IMG/VR virus record: IMGVR_UViG_3300049893_001204
Location: 1 to 64,000 of that record
Origin: a virus
Strand: one strand, 5' to 3'
DNA: 64,000 bases
The notes below the pieces were generated by a model, which was given only the letters and a program-made list of their open reading frames with translations, made no database searches and had not been told where the DNA came from. Positions 19,277 through 28,702 of this stretch are shown one piece after another. The stretch's first letter is position 1. Every line of letters begins with the position of its first letter. A program made the translations under genes and the position numbers.

Positions 19277-20083
19277 TTAACGATAGTAAGAATAGTTGGT
19301 TGGGTTAAAGCCTGCAGTGCGCGGCATCTCAATGGGGCGAACATTACTTGGTGATGTAATGTTTGCAATATTTGCGGTTACTTCTTGACTTAGTTGATAA
19401 GGCATAGGACTAAACGCACGTGGTACAGAGGTAAAGAGATTACCTAACTGCTGGAAAGTAAAGTTCCGGCCTTGCTCCCTAAGACTACGCGCTTCTTCCC
19501 TTTGTGATTTGCGAATTGATGCTGCTTCTTGCACTGCAAGATTCTCTAGAGCCATACGATTTGCCAGAGCTGCATTACTTGCAGTAAGTCCTGCCTGCAA
19601 AACAAGGTTACTTGGATCATTCATTGCAAAAGCAAGACCTGCAAGGTCTCCTCCTTTTTCTAAAGCTTTCCGCTTTAGTTCTGCCAACTCTTTAGCTTTA
19701 TCAGGTGATATAAAATCTTCAAAAGGATTTCTTCCTTGTTGTAAAAGCTCATATCGTTGATCCACGGTTAAAGCAGATCCTGGAGCTGGAGCAGTGGCTG
19801 CTGCAGAAGAAGCAGGAGCTGCTGGAGGAGTTGCTGCAGAAGACGCTGGAACAATCGGTTGAACAGGTGCTACTCCAGGGGGAGGGGTGCCTGGCTCTGT
19901 GGCAAGACCGCTGGAGGGAATAGGAAAAGGCTGTCCTGCGCCAGTTGTCTGTGCAATATCACCAAATTTTTTGCCTCTTTTTTGCAAGAAAGTTTCAAAA
20001 AATTTGGGGTTTACAGTGCCAGGTTGAAAATCAAAACCAGCAAGAGGGAAGTTAGCCATGTCAGTTGAAGGAGTACGGAGCAA
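19277..20083 (-). CDS. Hypothetical (internal virion-type) protein
   Basis: P/A-rich, probable ATG MANFPL at the upstream stop. Confidence 0.55.
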   Translation of the reverse strand: MLRTPSTDMANFPLAGFDFQPGTVNPKFFETFLQKRGKKFGDIAQTTGAGQPFPIPSSGLATEPGTPPPGVAPVQPIVPASSAATPPAAPASSAAATAPAPGSALTVDQRYELLQQGRNPFEDFISPDKAKELAELKRKALEKGGDLAGLAFAMNDPSNLVLQAGLTASNAALANRMALENLAVQEAASIRKSQREEARSLREQGRNFTFQQLGNLFTSVPRAFSPMPYQLSQEVTANIANITSPSNVRPIEMPRTAGFNPTNYSYYR

Positions 20084-21233
20084 GTGGCATCATGGCTGCT
20101 TTATAAGGACTGTTCTCTAATTGTGCACGACCCATTGCACCTGCTTCTGCCATGCCGCGCTCCAAGAGTTGAACCATGCCTGCAGTCTTAGTAAGACGTT
20201 GTGCAATAGCACCTTGTGTATTAAGTAATGCTTGTTGGCCAGCCAATTCTCTACGTTGAGCATCGGCAATAATTGGTGCCATGCCACGCATTAACTGCAA
20301 CTGGTTGTCACGTTGAAGGGCAGCCATTTGTGTAGCATACTGCAGATCCTGGGAATGAATAAAGCTTTGCTGCTTTTCCCATAATCCTTGTTCAGCTTTT
20401 ATGTCTTCAATGCGTTGCTCACGTTGGTATGCGGATTCCGCACGTCGTTGTGCACGCTCACCAATGGGGATTCTGCCTAAAAATGGAAGTGTTAACTCAA
20501 AGTCTTGAAGACTTGAACCAAGGCCCATGATTCCTCCGCCACCACCTGCAAGTTGAGGTGCATTACTGGACTGTTGAGGAGTGCCACGCATACCACGAGC
20601 AACACCTTGTTCAACAGCAGTACCAATAAAAGCAGGAGCTAAGTACCGAATAGCCATGCCCGCAGCTTTTGCCGGGCCAGGACCACTCATCAAGCCTTGT
20701 GTTAAGTTTGTAGTAAGTGCATTTGCAATACCACCTGCTGTTACACCAGCTGCTGTACTAACTGTGCCAGCTAATGGATTCTCAATAAAAGTACCTAAAC
20801 CTGAAAGAACTGCAGCAGAGCGTCCACCATGCGCCCTTCGATAATCACCTGCTTGAGTTTTAAACAGACCACCTGGTTGCAACAAATACTCTCTTGTTCC
20901 TGCTCTTGCTGCACGAAGAGATTCCCTTCCTTGATTGAATGTATTACGAATAGCTGACATCATGTCAGGAGCTGCTTCTTGAGCAACTTCTGCAGCAGCT
21001 GTGGCTGTGGCAGGTCCCGCAGAAGTAAAGAATGTTCTTCCAGGATCCCCGGACCTTACACGAGGCCTGACAGGAGGTTGCATGCCAGTTACAGCTGACC
21101 TCATGTTAGAAGCTGCTTCTTGCGCAACTTCTGCAGCAGCTCTGGCTGTGGCAGGTTCAACGGTATAACTAGAAGTGAATGGCTGTCCAGGAATGCCAAA
21201 AGGATAGTTAGGATAATCTGGCGGCAACATCAA
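20061..21233 (-). CDS. Hypothetical (internal virion-type) protein
   Basis: 390 aa with an internal repeat PATAxAAAEVAQEAA x2. Confidence 0.6.
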   Translation of the reverse strand: MMLPPDYPNYPFGIPGQPFTSSYTVEPATARAAAEVAQEAASNMRSAVTGMQPPVRPRVRSGDPGRTFFTSAGPATATAAAEVAQEAAPDMMSAIRNTFNQGRESLRAARAGTREYLLQPGGLFKTQAGDYRRAHGGRSAAVLSGLGTFIENPLAGTVSTAAGVTAGGIANALTTNLTQGLMSGPGPAKAAGMAIRYLAPAFIGTAVEQGVARGMRGTPQQSSNAPQLAGGGGGIMGLGSSLQDFELTLPFLGRIPIGERAQRRAESAYQREQRIEDIKAEQGLWEKQQSFIHSQDLQYATQMAALQRDNQLQLMRGMAPIIADAQRRELAGQQALLNTQGAIAQRLTKTAGMVQLLERGMAEAGAMGRAQLENSPYKAAMMPLAPYSFN

Positions 21234-21278
21234 TATCTCCTATTTAAATAAATTTTATCATCGGTATTTGAATACATT

Positions 21279-22229
21279 CTAACTCATTGGCAGTTGAGAA
21301 TTTAATTGTGTAGCAGCAAGTTGTTGGTTGTTGATATTGTTCTTGATGACTTGGTTAACGACGTTACCGGCACCAACGCCACCTAAGGAGCCGGCAAGGC
21401 CTCCAATGAGGCCACGCACTGCTTTTTGCCTTGGGGTACCAGGGGCTCTGGTAGCGAGGTTAGCGGCGACTGTACCGCCCGCAAAACCACCAACCATAGG
21501 GGCATTGACAGGGAAACCAAGCATGCGGATCTCAGGAGTACCCTGTAGGTTTTCCATGGTGCCCTTCACAATACCAAGACCAAGTAAACCTTTATCCTGG
21601 TACATGAAGTTCATGTAGTTTCCATAGCGCTGGGGAGTAAGATCTGGAATTTCTGCTTTGGCTGTAGCATATTTCAGAGGATCACCACTGCGTTGAAGAA
21701 CAAAACGTTCAAATATTTCTTGTACTGGTTGACCAGTTGTTCTGCGATCTTCTGCACCTTTTGGTGCATAGGATTGAGCAAAACCTTTTGGACGGCCTTG
21801 CTCATCTAAATTAGTGATGTCATATAAGCCAGTGGCAGCAATAGCTGGAACAGCAACACCTAAGCCAATAGCTGCACGTGCCGTAGGAGAAGCGAGCATA
21901 TCTTTATTAACACCTAAGCCAACCAACTTATCTGCAATAGCTAAAGGATGGTTAAAACGCCAGTAATATGAACGCGTTCCATCGTTAGCAACATCAATTA
22001 AAGCTCTGGATGTATAAGCACCAAGAAATTGCGCCGGTGTTTGACGTGCAGTAATTCCTTGTACGCCTAGTTCTTTTTTAAAGCCAGGACCTAAAATACT
22101 TTGCCCATAGGAAAGATTTTTTTCCTTGGCAGTGGCAATCATATCCTGCTGGATACGATCTGCTGTCTTAAAACCAGCTTTATAATCTCGTAAAAGCTGT
22201 TGTGCTTGCTGAAGAACATCCATGATCAA
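21279..22229 (-). CDS. Hypothetical protein with a C-terminal glycine zipper
   Basis: 316 aa ORF. Confidence 0.6.
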   Translation of the reverse strand: MIMDVLQQAQQLLRDYKAGFKTADRIQQDMIATAKEKNLSYGQSILGPGFKKELGVQGITARQTPAQFLGAYTSRALIDVANDGTRSYYWRFNHPLAIADKLVGLGVNKDMLASPTARAAIGLGVAVPAIAATGLYDITNLDEQGRPKGFAQSYAPKGAEDRRTTGQPVQEIFERFVLQRSGDPLKYATAKAEIPDLTPQRYGNYMNFMYQDKGLLGLGIVKGTMENLQGTPEIRMLGFPVNAPMVGGFAGGTVAANLATRAPGTPRQKAVRGLIGGLAGSLGGVGAGNVVNQVIKNNINNQQLAATQLNSQLPMS

Positions 22230-22810
22230 GCACTGGGTTGCATGAGTTCCCGCATCTCAGGAGGCAGGGTAATACCTGGGTAGTGGAACGCAGTTTGTTC
22301 AATGCCTTGCATTTGGAATTGTGTGCCAGGAGCTAAGGCTTGTTGTTGAAGTTGGTTAATCTGCTGACGTTGAAGAGCTTGTTGATATAGCTGTTGCTCT
22401 TGTGATTGTTGCGTCGGCTCAACTTGCGCAATCTGTTGTGCTTGCGGATATAACTTACCTTGTGTTGCAATATCAACTAAAGGTGCAGAAGCAAGGCTGG
22501 CAGCAAAGTTAACACCACTTTCAAGCTGAGATGGCATGTGTGGAATTTCTTTCTGAATAACCTGACCTGTTTTAGTGCGAATAGTAGCCATACCACCTGG
22601 TGTACCAGGGGCAATCTTGCGTGCTAAACCAACTAACGGGTAGTTAAGCAAGAAGTCACCTGCGGCATATGCAGCACCTGCAGCAGGGTTACCCGATAAT
22701 GCGCCAAGAGCAAAGTTAAGGCCTGCGCCAGGGAGCGCAGCAACTGCCGCACCACGAGAAGTTGGTCCTACTAATTTTCTAAATAGGTTACCTACAGATG
22801 AACTTGCCAT
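22226..22810 (-). CDS. Hypothetical Gln-rich protein
   Basis: 194 aa, ATGA coupling to the next gene. Confidence 0.6.
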   Translation of the reverse strand: MASSSVGNLFRKLVGPTSRGAAVAALPGAGLNFALGALSGNPAAGAAYAAGDFLLNYPLVGLARKIAPGTPGGMATIRTKTGQVIQKEIPHMPSQLESGVNFAASLASAPLVDIATQGKLYPQAQQIAQVEPTQQSQEQQLYQQALQRQQINQLQQQALAPGTQFQMQGIEQTAFHYPGITLPPEMRELMQPSA

Positions 22811-22838
22811 GCGCCTCTTGCCATATTGCCATTTTAAA

Positions 22839-23486
22839 TCAAGTTGTCATTGGCTTAACACCAGTGTCTTGTTCTGTTTGTGTAGCAAGCTCTTCTCCTT
22901 CCCTGTCTTCTTTCTCTTTTTCTTTTTTACTAGCTGAAGTATCTTCTGTAAGTAAATCAGCAACAGACTTATTATCTTCTATTTCGTTCTTAGCGCGACT
23001 TTCAGCAGTTGTCATTAAATAGCCATTAGGATCCGGGTTGCGAAGACGTGGCATTGGATTTCTAGCTCGATCTTCTGGATTAAGAGTAGGACTTAATTTA
23101 TATGCTTCTACCCATTGAGGATTGAAATCAGGTTGATCTTGGGGCCTCTGAAATGTTTTAGGACGCCCTTCTTCAAAATCATAGTCTAGTCGTTTAAAGC
23201 GACCAAGACCAGCAAAAAGTTCATACTCTGGTGTTACCTCTTGATTGTTATCAAAAAAGGGTGCATTACCAACAAAATTCAAATCAGGGTTTAAGGTAAC
23301 CTTACGTGTCATTGCACGTTTTACAAGGTCTACCTGATCAAATCTTGATGGGTTCCAGGGATAATCACCTGTTTCTGGTTTGGAGCGAAACAGGTCATCA
23401 AAGTCTAGTTTTTTATTGTTGGCTGAGTTCTTGTTAAAGGGGTTACGAATGTAACGTCCTAGATCAAGCCTTGCGTCGCGAGCCAT
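22839..23486 (-). CDS. Hypothetical protein
   Basis: 215 aa, TGATG coupling. Confidence 0.6.
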   Translation of the reverse strand: MARDARLDLGRYIRNPFNKNSANNKKLDFDDLFRSKPETGDYPWNPSRFDQVDLVKRAMTRKVTLNPDLNFVGNAPFFDNNQEVTPEYELFAGLGRFKRLDYDFEEGRPKTFQRPQDQPDFNPQWVEAYKLSPTLNPEDRARNPMPRLRNPDPNGYLMTTAESRAKNEIEDNKSVADLLTEDTSASKKEKEKEDREGEELATQTEQDTGVKPMTT

Positions 23487-23722
23487 CAGCTTTCAGCAGC
23501 TTTAGATTTCTTCTTACCGTGTAAGCCTACCAGCGTCTTACGTAACCTGGCTTGTTTAACAGTACGTTCATCATATTTCTCAGGATTAGACAAGACATTT
23601 TCTTGAAGTTGAGAAGTGGTAATGCCTTTACGCTTGGCTTTAGCAGTAAAGGCACCTTCCTTCATATCCATCCCCTGGATCCACTTCTTATCTTTTTTAT
23701 CTTTTTTGTTTTCTTCAGCCAT
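23486..23722 (-). CDS. Small basic virion-type protein
   Basis: KKWIQ...KEGAFTAKAKRKG...KQARLRKTL. Confidence 0.65.
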   Translation of the reverse strand: MAEENKKDKKDKKWIQGMDMKEGAFTAKAKRKGITTSQLQENVLSNPEKYDERTVKQARLRKTLVGLHGKKKSKAAES

Positions 23723-23724
23723 GA

Positions 23725-26655
23725 TTAACGCTTGCTACGTTTACCTAAGCGACGTTGTTTTTGTGCGTGCGCCTGACTAAGCGCATGTGCTATGCGCTCA
23801 GAAACCCGTTGATCATCGACAGAAAATGTTTCTGTTGTTCCAGGTGGTTCTATTTTAGCGCGTGCGGCTTGGCGTGCAGCTAATTCAGGATCAATTTCAA
23901 GAGCACGTGAGCTTTGAATGGCGGCCTCAATGTCTCCCCCGATAGTTTCTCCAAAATCATAAGCAGCTACAGTTTGAGCAACTTCTTCAGCAGGAGAAAT
24001 TCTATCCATAGCCGACAAGCCACGTCGACCTTCTTGCATCATTCGACCAGTGGCACGAGCTTGTCCAGAGCCTCTTGCAGATAACACCGCCTGCCGTTGA
24101 ACGTCTAGTGGATCTGCACCTTCTTGATTTGCAATATCTAAAGACATCTGCAAAAAGTCAGTACGCCTCATTGGCCGACCAGATCTTTCGCGATAGTCAA
24201 GCATTGCAGCAGCAAGTCGCCTACCACCTATTTCTTCAGGAGAAATTTCTTTATTTATTGTGCGATATTTTACTTGATCACCAATGTACTCCATTATCTC
24301 TTTTTCTTCATTCCATTCATAAACAGGCTCAGAAGATGCAGAAACCAAAGGAACAGTACGTTGCCTTGAAGGTAAAGTACGAGAAGGACGTTCAGAAACA
24401 CTAGCACCCAAACCATAACGCTCACTCAATTGGTCTGTTGCACCAGGTTCAAGAACTCGTTGGCGAGTAGGTTCCGCAACTTGCGTAATAGTATTTGCAA
24501 TTGTAAGTGCTTTATTTAAATAAGGGTTAGTAGAAGGTCCCCCAAGAAATTGACCACCTTTTTTCTGGTGAAGTGTAAGAGCAAGATCAAGATCTGCCAG
24601 CCTATTATTAGTTAGTGATTCGTATGCAGTTTGTACAGCCTGTAGATATTCATAATTATTACGCTTACCTTGTTGTAGGGTAGGTTCAAACTGACCAACA
24701 TGACCAAGACCAAGCGTCCACGCCTTTGTTTCTTGTTCATCAATAATTTCAGGAACAGAATAACGAGTTTGACGCAGATATTTAGCACCTTCTTCTGTTT
24801 GTGCTTCTTGAATCACGCCTTTTTGTAAAAGAATGTCTTGCATTTGAGAAGACAAAGTTGACTCATCAGTAGCAGACAAACGCTGATAAGGATCAACAAA
24901 AGTTTTACGCCGTCTTCCCGCTGGATCCGACAAAGCAACTTCTAAGGGGCCGCGATAAACTTCAGTTGTTTGAAGTTGTGTATTGATTTGTCCAAGTTGT
25001 TTTTGATTAAACTGTTCATGCACTTGATTTACAAACGCAGCAGCTTCTTCTGGTGATTGCCAGTATTTTCCAGTAACCGGATGTTTATAAAAGAAATTAC
25101 CATACTCTTGATCAAGTCTTGTTTGTAAACGAGAATCACCAACTAAAGAAACTGGTTTTACTTTTGCGTAGATATTACCATTTGAAGATTGGCCTACAAA
25201 TCCTTGCTGAATATGTTCATCTACAGATAAAACAGGTAAAGAATCAACCTCACCAGAAGTGCCAGCACCTGAGCTGCCTCCAAATTCTTTTACGCCGCCA
25301 ATGGCGTATCCAACACCCTGTCCTTTATAACGTTCAGTACCAGAACCTGTGGCACCAGGGGAGGCAACAAATTTAGCTACTTCTTCCCTAGGAACAAAAG
25401 CAACAGCTTGCCCTACTTCTTCTCCAATGCCGGTTCCCGTCGAAGCATCTGGTGTACCACTTGTACCAATATCCGATTTACGGATTAAATTACCATATTC
25501 ATCAAGATACAAAGGTTCGTAATCGCTAACGTCAAATTTGCCGGAAGCTCTCCTTGATATATTTACAACTTCAGGTTTGCCTTCTTCTCCTCTTTGCACA
25601 GTAACCACATCTGCTTGCGAGGCAGGTTTTGCAGACCAACCAAAACCACGCGATTGAATAGCTTGATAATCTCCTGGCTCTGTAACCAAATAATTTTTAA
25701 TAGAGTCTTGATAATCATGAGCTAAAAGATTTTCACGTACGTGACGAGTAGCTGTAAAAACAGCATTTGAATCTTTGAAGGAAAGAACATTTCCTCTAGC
25801 ATCTTTTATTGCACTAGACATTAATTGTTGTGCTATTGAACGAGGCACAACGTTATCATCTCCAAGATGATTAAGAATCACCTCGGTACGAAGCATGCCA
25901 CGATCATCAAATAGTTTTTGATTCCAATCGCGTGTTATTGGTGCTGGTTGACGTTGTTGCCTGCGTTCTTTTGCTTCATTTAATGCTTGTTGTGATGATT
26001 TACCAGCTGTTTCCACTTGTGGCGTAGATAAATCATACCCACTTTGCTCCTCTCCGCTAAGGAGAGCATTTCTTACAGTATTTGCAAGTTCTTGATTTTG
26101 TTGTGCACGAACAGCTTTCCGTTCATTTAGCTTTGAAATATAAGAGGGGGATTCTGGATTACGTTCTTCAGAACTTTCAAGCATTTGCCGTGCTACACGA
26201 TCGGCAATAGAACCAGGTCGATAAGGAGTTGTAGGACGTGGAATACTCCTAAGTTCTTCGCGTTCCCTTAAATCACGTAAAAACGAAGTAAGATTATCTT
26301 GCGCTCCAACAGGAGGCTCTTTGCTTGGTTGAACAGGCGTTTCCTTGTTAAGATTAGCAATTTCACGAACTGCTTCTTCACTTGATTGACGCCCGCTGAC
26401 CAATTCTTCTGCTGCCGCTGGCTGGCGACGCAGCAAACTCCTGGCACCAAAGGCTCCAAGACCTGCAAGACCTAAGCCTGCCGCCGCAAGACCAAGGTTT
26501 TGGAGGAGATTTGACTCTTCGCGGGGGGCAACAAGCTGATTACGGCGAAATGCAAGGACTTCTGGGGCCATCTGAGCCCTTTCTTCCGGATCTTCTGGTA
26601 CCGGGACACCTGTGGCACGGCTGTAGGCGTAGAAATCAGCAGGTGCAAGTACCAT
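23725..26655 (-). CDS. Large hypothetical (internal virion-type) protein
   Basis: 976 aa, first gene of the late block, one N-proximal hydrophobic segment. Confidence 0.6.
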   Translation of the reverse strand: MVLAPADFYAYSRATGVPVPEDPEERAQMAPEVLAFRRNQLVAPREESNLLQNLGLAAAGLGLAGLGAFGARSLLRRQPAAAEELVSGRQSSEEAVREIANLNKETPVQPSKEPPVGAQDNLTSFLRDLREREELRSIPRPTTPYRPGSIADRVARQMLESSEERNPESPSYISKLNERKAVRAQQNQELANTVRNALLSGEEQSGYDLSTPQVETAGKSSQQALNEAKERRQQRQPAPITRDWNQKLFDDRGMLRTEVILNHLGDDNVVPRSIAQQLMSSAIKDARGNVLSFKDSNAVFTATRHVRENLLAHDYQDSIKNYLVTEPGDYQAIQSRGFGWSAKPASQADVVTVQRGEEGKPEVVNISRRASGKFDVSDYEPLYLDEYGNLIRKSDIGTSGTPDASTGTGIGEEVGQAVAFVPREEVAKFVASPGATGSGTERYKGQGVGYAIGGVKEFGGSSGAGTSGEVDSLPVLSVDEHIQQGFVGQSSNGNIYAKVKPVSLVGDSRLQTRLDQEYGNFFYKHPVTGKYWQSPEEAAAFVNQVHEQFNQKQLGQINTQLQTTEVYRGPLEVALSDPAGRRRKTFVDPYQRLSATDESTLSSQMQDILLQKGVIQEAQTEEGAKYLRQTRYSVPEIIDEQETKAWTLGLGHVGQFEPTLQQGKRNNYEYLQAVQTAYESLTNNRLADLDLALTLHQKKGGQFLGGPSTNPYLNKALTIANTITQVAEPTRQRVLEPGATDQLSERYGLGASVSERPSRTLPSRQRTVPLVSASSEPVYEWNEEKEIMEYIGDQVKYRTINKEISPEEIGGRRLAAAMLDYRERSGRPMRRTDFLQMSLDIANQEGADPLDVQRQAVLSARGSGQARATGRMMQEGRRGLSAMDRISPAEEVAQTVAAYDFGETIGGDIEAAIQSSRALEIDPELAARQAARAKIEPPGTTETFSVDDQRVSERIAHALSQAHAQKQRRLGKRSKR

Positions 26656-26738
26656 GGCTAGCCTTATCTGTTTAATATGACCAATATTTGTATTTTAGGA
26701 TGGTATAGACTTAAAAGTACGCAGGAATTAGAAAACAA

Positions 26739-26951
26739 ATGGACGCCGGTACCAGGCAGAAGCGAGTAGAAGGGCTAGAAGCTATTAAAAATAAGGCGAT
26801 GGAGATGGCAAAGTCCGGTAAAGACTCGCTAGAGGTACGTGATTTTGTTACAGAAGCAAGAAAAAGCCTTGCATACGAACTTCCTGATGAAGAATCCTTC
26901 CAAAAAGCGAAGCAAGCAACCCTTGCTTACCGCAGAAGCAAAGGTGAATAG
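26739..26951 (+). CDS. Hypothetical protein
   Basis: TAGACT -10 upstream and a terminator downstream. Confidence 0.6.
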   Translation: MDAGTRQKRVEGLEAIKNKAMEMAKSGKDSLEVRDFVTEARKSLAYELPDEESFQKAKQATLAYRRSKGE

Positions 26952-26976
26952 GGTATAAATACGATAAGTAATCAAC

Positions 26977-27004
26977 GCCGGGGATAACACCCCGGCTTTT
27001 TGTT
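26977..27004 (+). terminator. Intrinsic terminator
   Basis: GCCGGGG-ATAACA-CCCCGGC-TTTTTGTT. Confidence 0.8.
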
Positions 27005-27224
27005 GAAAAGTTTGGGTAAGTCTGTATAAAACACTACATAAATAAAGGTTTTTATTTGGGAAGGGGCTCTTATATACCCCAAATAGGGAAAAAATTTATC
27101 TGGCGCTTCTCCCAACACCCACGCGAAGTGAAATGTGGGAAGAAAAAAAGAAAGGGTGGGTGGGTAAGTAAGAGTAACGGGGGCTGCGCATCCGTACCAC
27201 GCAGAGTTCCATCGCGTTCAGACA

Positions 27225-27527
27225 ATGCAATTGACCAAGGAAGAGCAGAAGTCTTATGACTTCGATACTCGCTGCCAGATGGTGGCAAGTTACCTGCATG
27301 AAGGTAAGCCTGTATCCATGACTGCGAAGCAGCTAGCTTACTATGGCGTAACGCCGCACCAGGTTATAGCTGAGCTGGGTGGTTGGCTTCGCTCGGAAGA
27401 GCAAGAAGCCTGCTGGGAAGCTGAGCATTTATACGGCGGCAGCCGCCGCAAGCGAACATATGTTGTGTACTGCACCAAGGTGCAGGACAAGTATGTGTTC
27501 AAGGCTAAGGTAGCTGACTACGCTTGA
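27225..27527 (+). CDS. Early hypothetical protein
   Basis: 100 aa; its TGA begins element C0. Confidence 0.6.
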   Translation: MQLTKEEQKSYDFDTRCQMVASYLHEGKPVSMTAKQLAYYGVTPHQVIAELGGWLRSEEQEACWEAEHLYGGSRRKRTYVVYCTKVQDKYVFKAKVADYA

Positions 27528-27572
27528 AGGTTACCTCTACCCCTGGGCAACCAGGGGTTTATGTAGCCCTCA
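27525..27572 (+). repeat. Structured element family C, copy 0
   Basis: TGA-A-GGTTAC...CCCCTGG-GCAA-CCAGGGG...GTAGCC-C-TCA. Confidence 0.65.
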
Positions 27573-27696
27573 CCCGCGTTTATTCCCCCATTTCTGATAC
27601 GAATTCGTATCGCGCGCGATGGGTTTGGGTGTAAGGATGGTCTTCTGGAAGAAGACAGTCTATGCATTAGGTGCCAGATATTTTATCATAGGTACA

Positions 27697-27721
27697 TGTC
27701 AAGCTGGACGTTAAACGTAGC
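27697..27721 (+). repeat. Pseudoknot family B, degenerate copy
   Basis: TGTC-AAGCTG-GACG-TTAAAC-G-TAGC. Confidence 0.45.
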
Positions 27722-27746
27722 AGACAACTTGGCGGTCGTTCACGAT

Positions 27747-27780
27747 CTTGGCAGCTGCAATTCCGCAGTGTAAGTCCAAG
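27747..27780 (+). repeat. Structured element family A, copy 1
   Basis: CTTGG-CAG-CTGC-AATTCC-GCAG-TGTAAGT-CCAAG. Confidence 0.75.
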
Positions 27781-27797
27781 CTCACCAGGAGAACATT

Positions 27798-27995
27798 GTG
27801 GACTACACCGTTAACATCATCGAGCTTGACAACAACTACTTCCTTCAGGAAGTTTTTGCTGTCACTGAGTTCCAGTACGTGGAACAGGTGACTGCAGGGC
27901 CGTTTCAGGCTCGATGGCAAGCAGACGTGCAACGTTCTGTTGCTTACCCCGCTTATCGGGGATTAACAGATGAGCATTGCCGTCTGCAACACTGA
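27798..27995 (+). CDS. Early hypothetical protein
   Basis: AGGAG SD and GTG start; its TGA begins element D1. Confidence 0.55.
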   Translation: MDYTVNIIELDNNYFLQEVFAVTEFQYVEQVTAGPFQARWQADVQRSVAYPAYRGLTDEHCRLQH

Positions 27996-28069
27996 GCTGT
28001 AGTACTGCACATCTGTGCAGGGCCAGGTGCAACTCCTGGCCTCAGTTATTGCCTCCAGCGGAGATAGGC
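27991..28069 (+). repeat. tRNA-like element family D, copy 1
   Basis: ACTGA...CTGCAC-ATCT-GTGCAG-GGCCAGG-TGCAACT-CCTGGCC-TCAGT-TATT-GCCT..AGGC. Confidence 0.7.
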
Positions 28070-28092
28070 ACCGCACACACACGGAGAAACCC

Positions 28093-28338
28093 GTGAGCAA
28101 CCGCGACCAGCACCACCTTGCTCCGCTCAACGGAGACGGCAACCTCCCAACCAGGGAAGAAGCCGGCGAGTACGTCTTTAACCAGTGCAAGCACTGGATG
28201 GAAGAAGGTCACTCGCAGGTGTTAACCCGCGACCAAGGTCTTCAGATTGCCTGCTGGGCATTGAAGATCGCAGGAGCTCAAGAGCTTCTGACACACGTTA
28301 TTGCAGAGCTTGTTGAGCTTCCCGATAACTACTGCTGA
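28093..28338 (+). CDS. Early hypothetical protein
   Basis: GGAG SD and GTG at 28093. Confidence 0.55.
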   Translation: MSNRDQHHLAPLNGDGNLPTREEAGEYVFNQCKHWMEEGHSQVLTRDQGLQIACWALKIAGAQELLTHVIAELVELPDNYC

Positions 28339-28403
28339 TCCGTAACCAAGCGGGTGGGCAGGTGCAAACCCTGCCCCAGTTATTGCCACCCACTGAGGGT
28401 GGC
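28334..28403 (+). repeat. tRNA-like element family D, copy 2
   Basis: GCTG-A-TCCGT-AACCAA-GCGGG-T-GGGCAGG-TGCAAAC-CCTGCCC-CAGT-TATT-GCCACCC-ACTGA-GGGTGGC. Confidence 0.7.
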
Positions 28404-28416
28404 CTAGCTCAAGTCA

Positions 28417-28626
28417 ATGTCCATGATCAAGAACTGTTTCGTTGTTGTCTTCAACGGCAACGTTGTTGGTATGCATGCAACTGAGGAGGCAGCTGCTCAG
28501 CAAGTATTACAGTTAGCTGAGGAGTGGCAACTTCATGCCGACTGCGGAGCCGAAGTGCCAAAACCAGTATTGGTTGCAATGTCTTTCAATGAATGGATGC
28601 AGCACGAAAGTGTTGTTGTATTCTGA
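28417..28626 (+). CDS. Early hypothetical protein
   Basis: 69 aa. Confidence 0.55.
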   Translation: MSMIKNCFVVVFNGNVVGMHATEEAAAQQVLQLAEEWQLHADCGAEVPKPVLVAMSFNEWMQHESVVVF

Positions 28627-28681
28627 TTTCTGCATCAAGCCCTGAGTAATCAGGGTTTCTTGCAGGACTCAACATCCTGTA
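28624..28681 (+). repeat. Structured element family C, copy 1
   Basis: TGA-T-TTCTGCA-TCAA-GCCCTGA-GTAA-TCAGGGT-TTCT-TGCAGGA-C-TCA-ACA-TCCTGTA. Confidence 0.85.
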
Positions 28682-28702
28682 TCCCACACCTCAAGTCAGT
28701 TC

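Noticed and set aside
20972-21155. 44-nt direct repeat as a DGR template/variable pair
   Set aside because: In-frame intragenic duplication, differences not adenine-specific, and no reverse transcriptase present.
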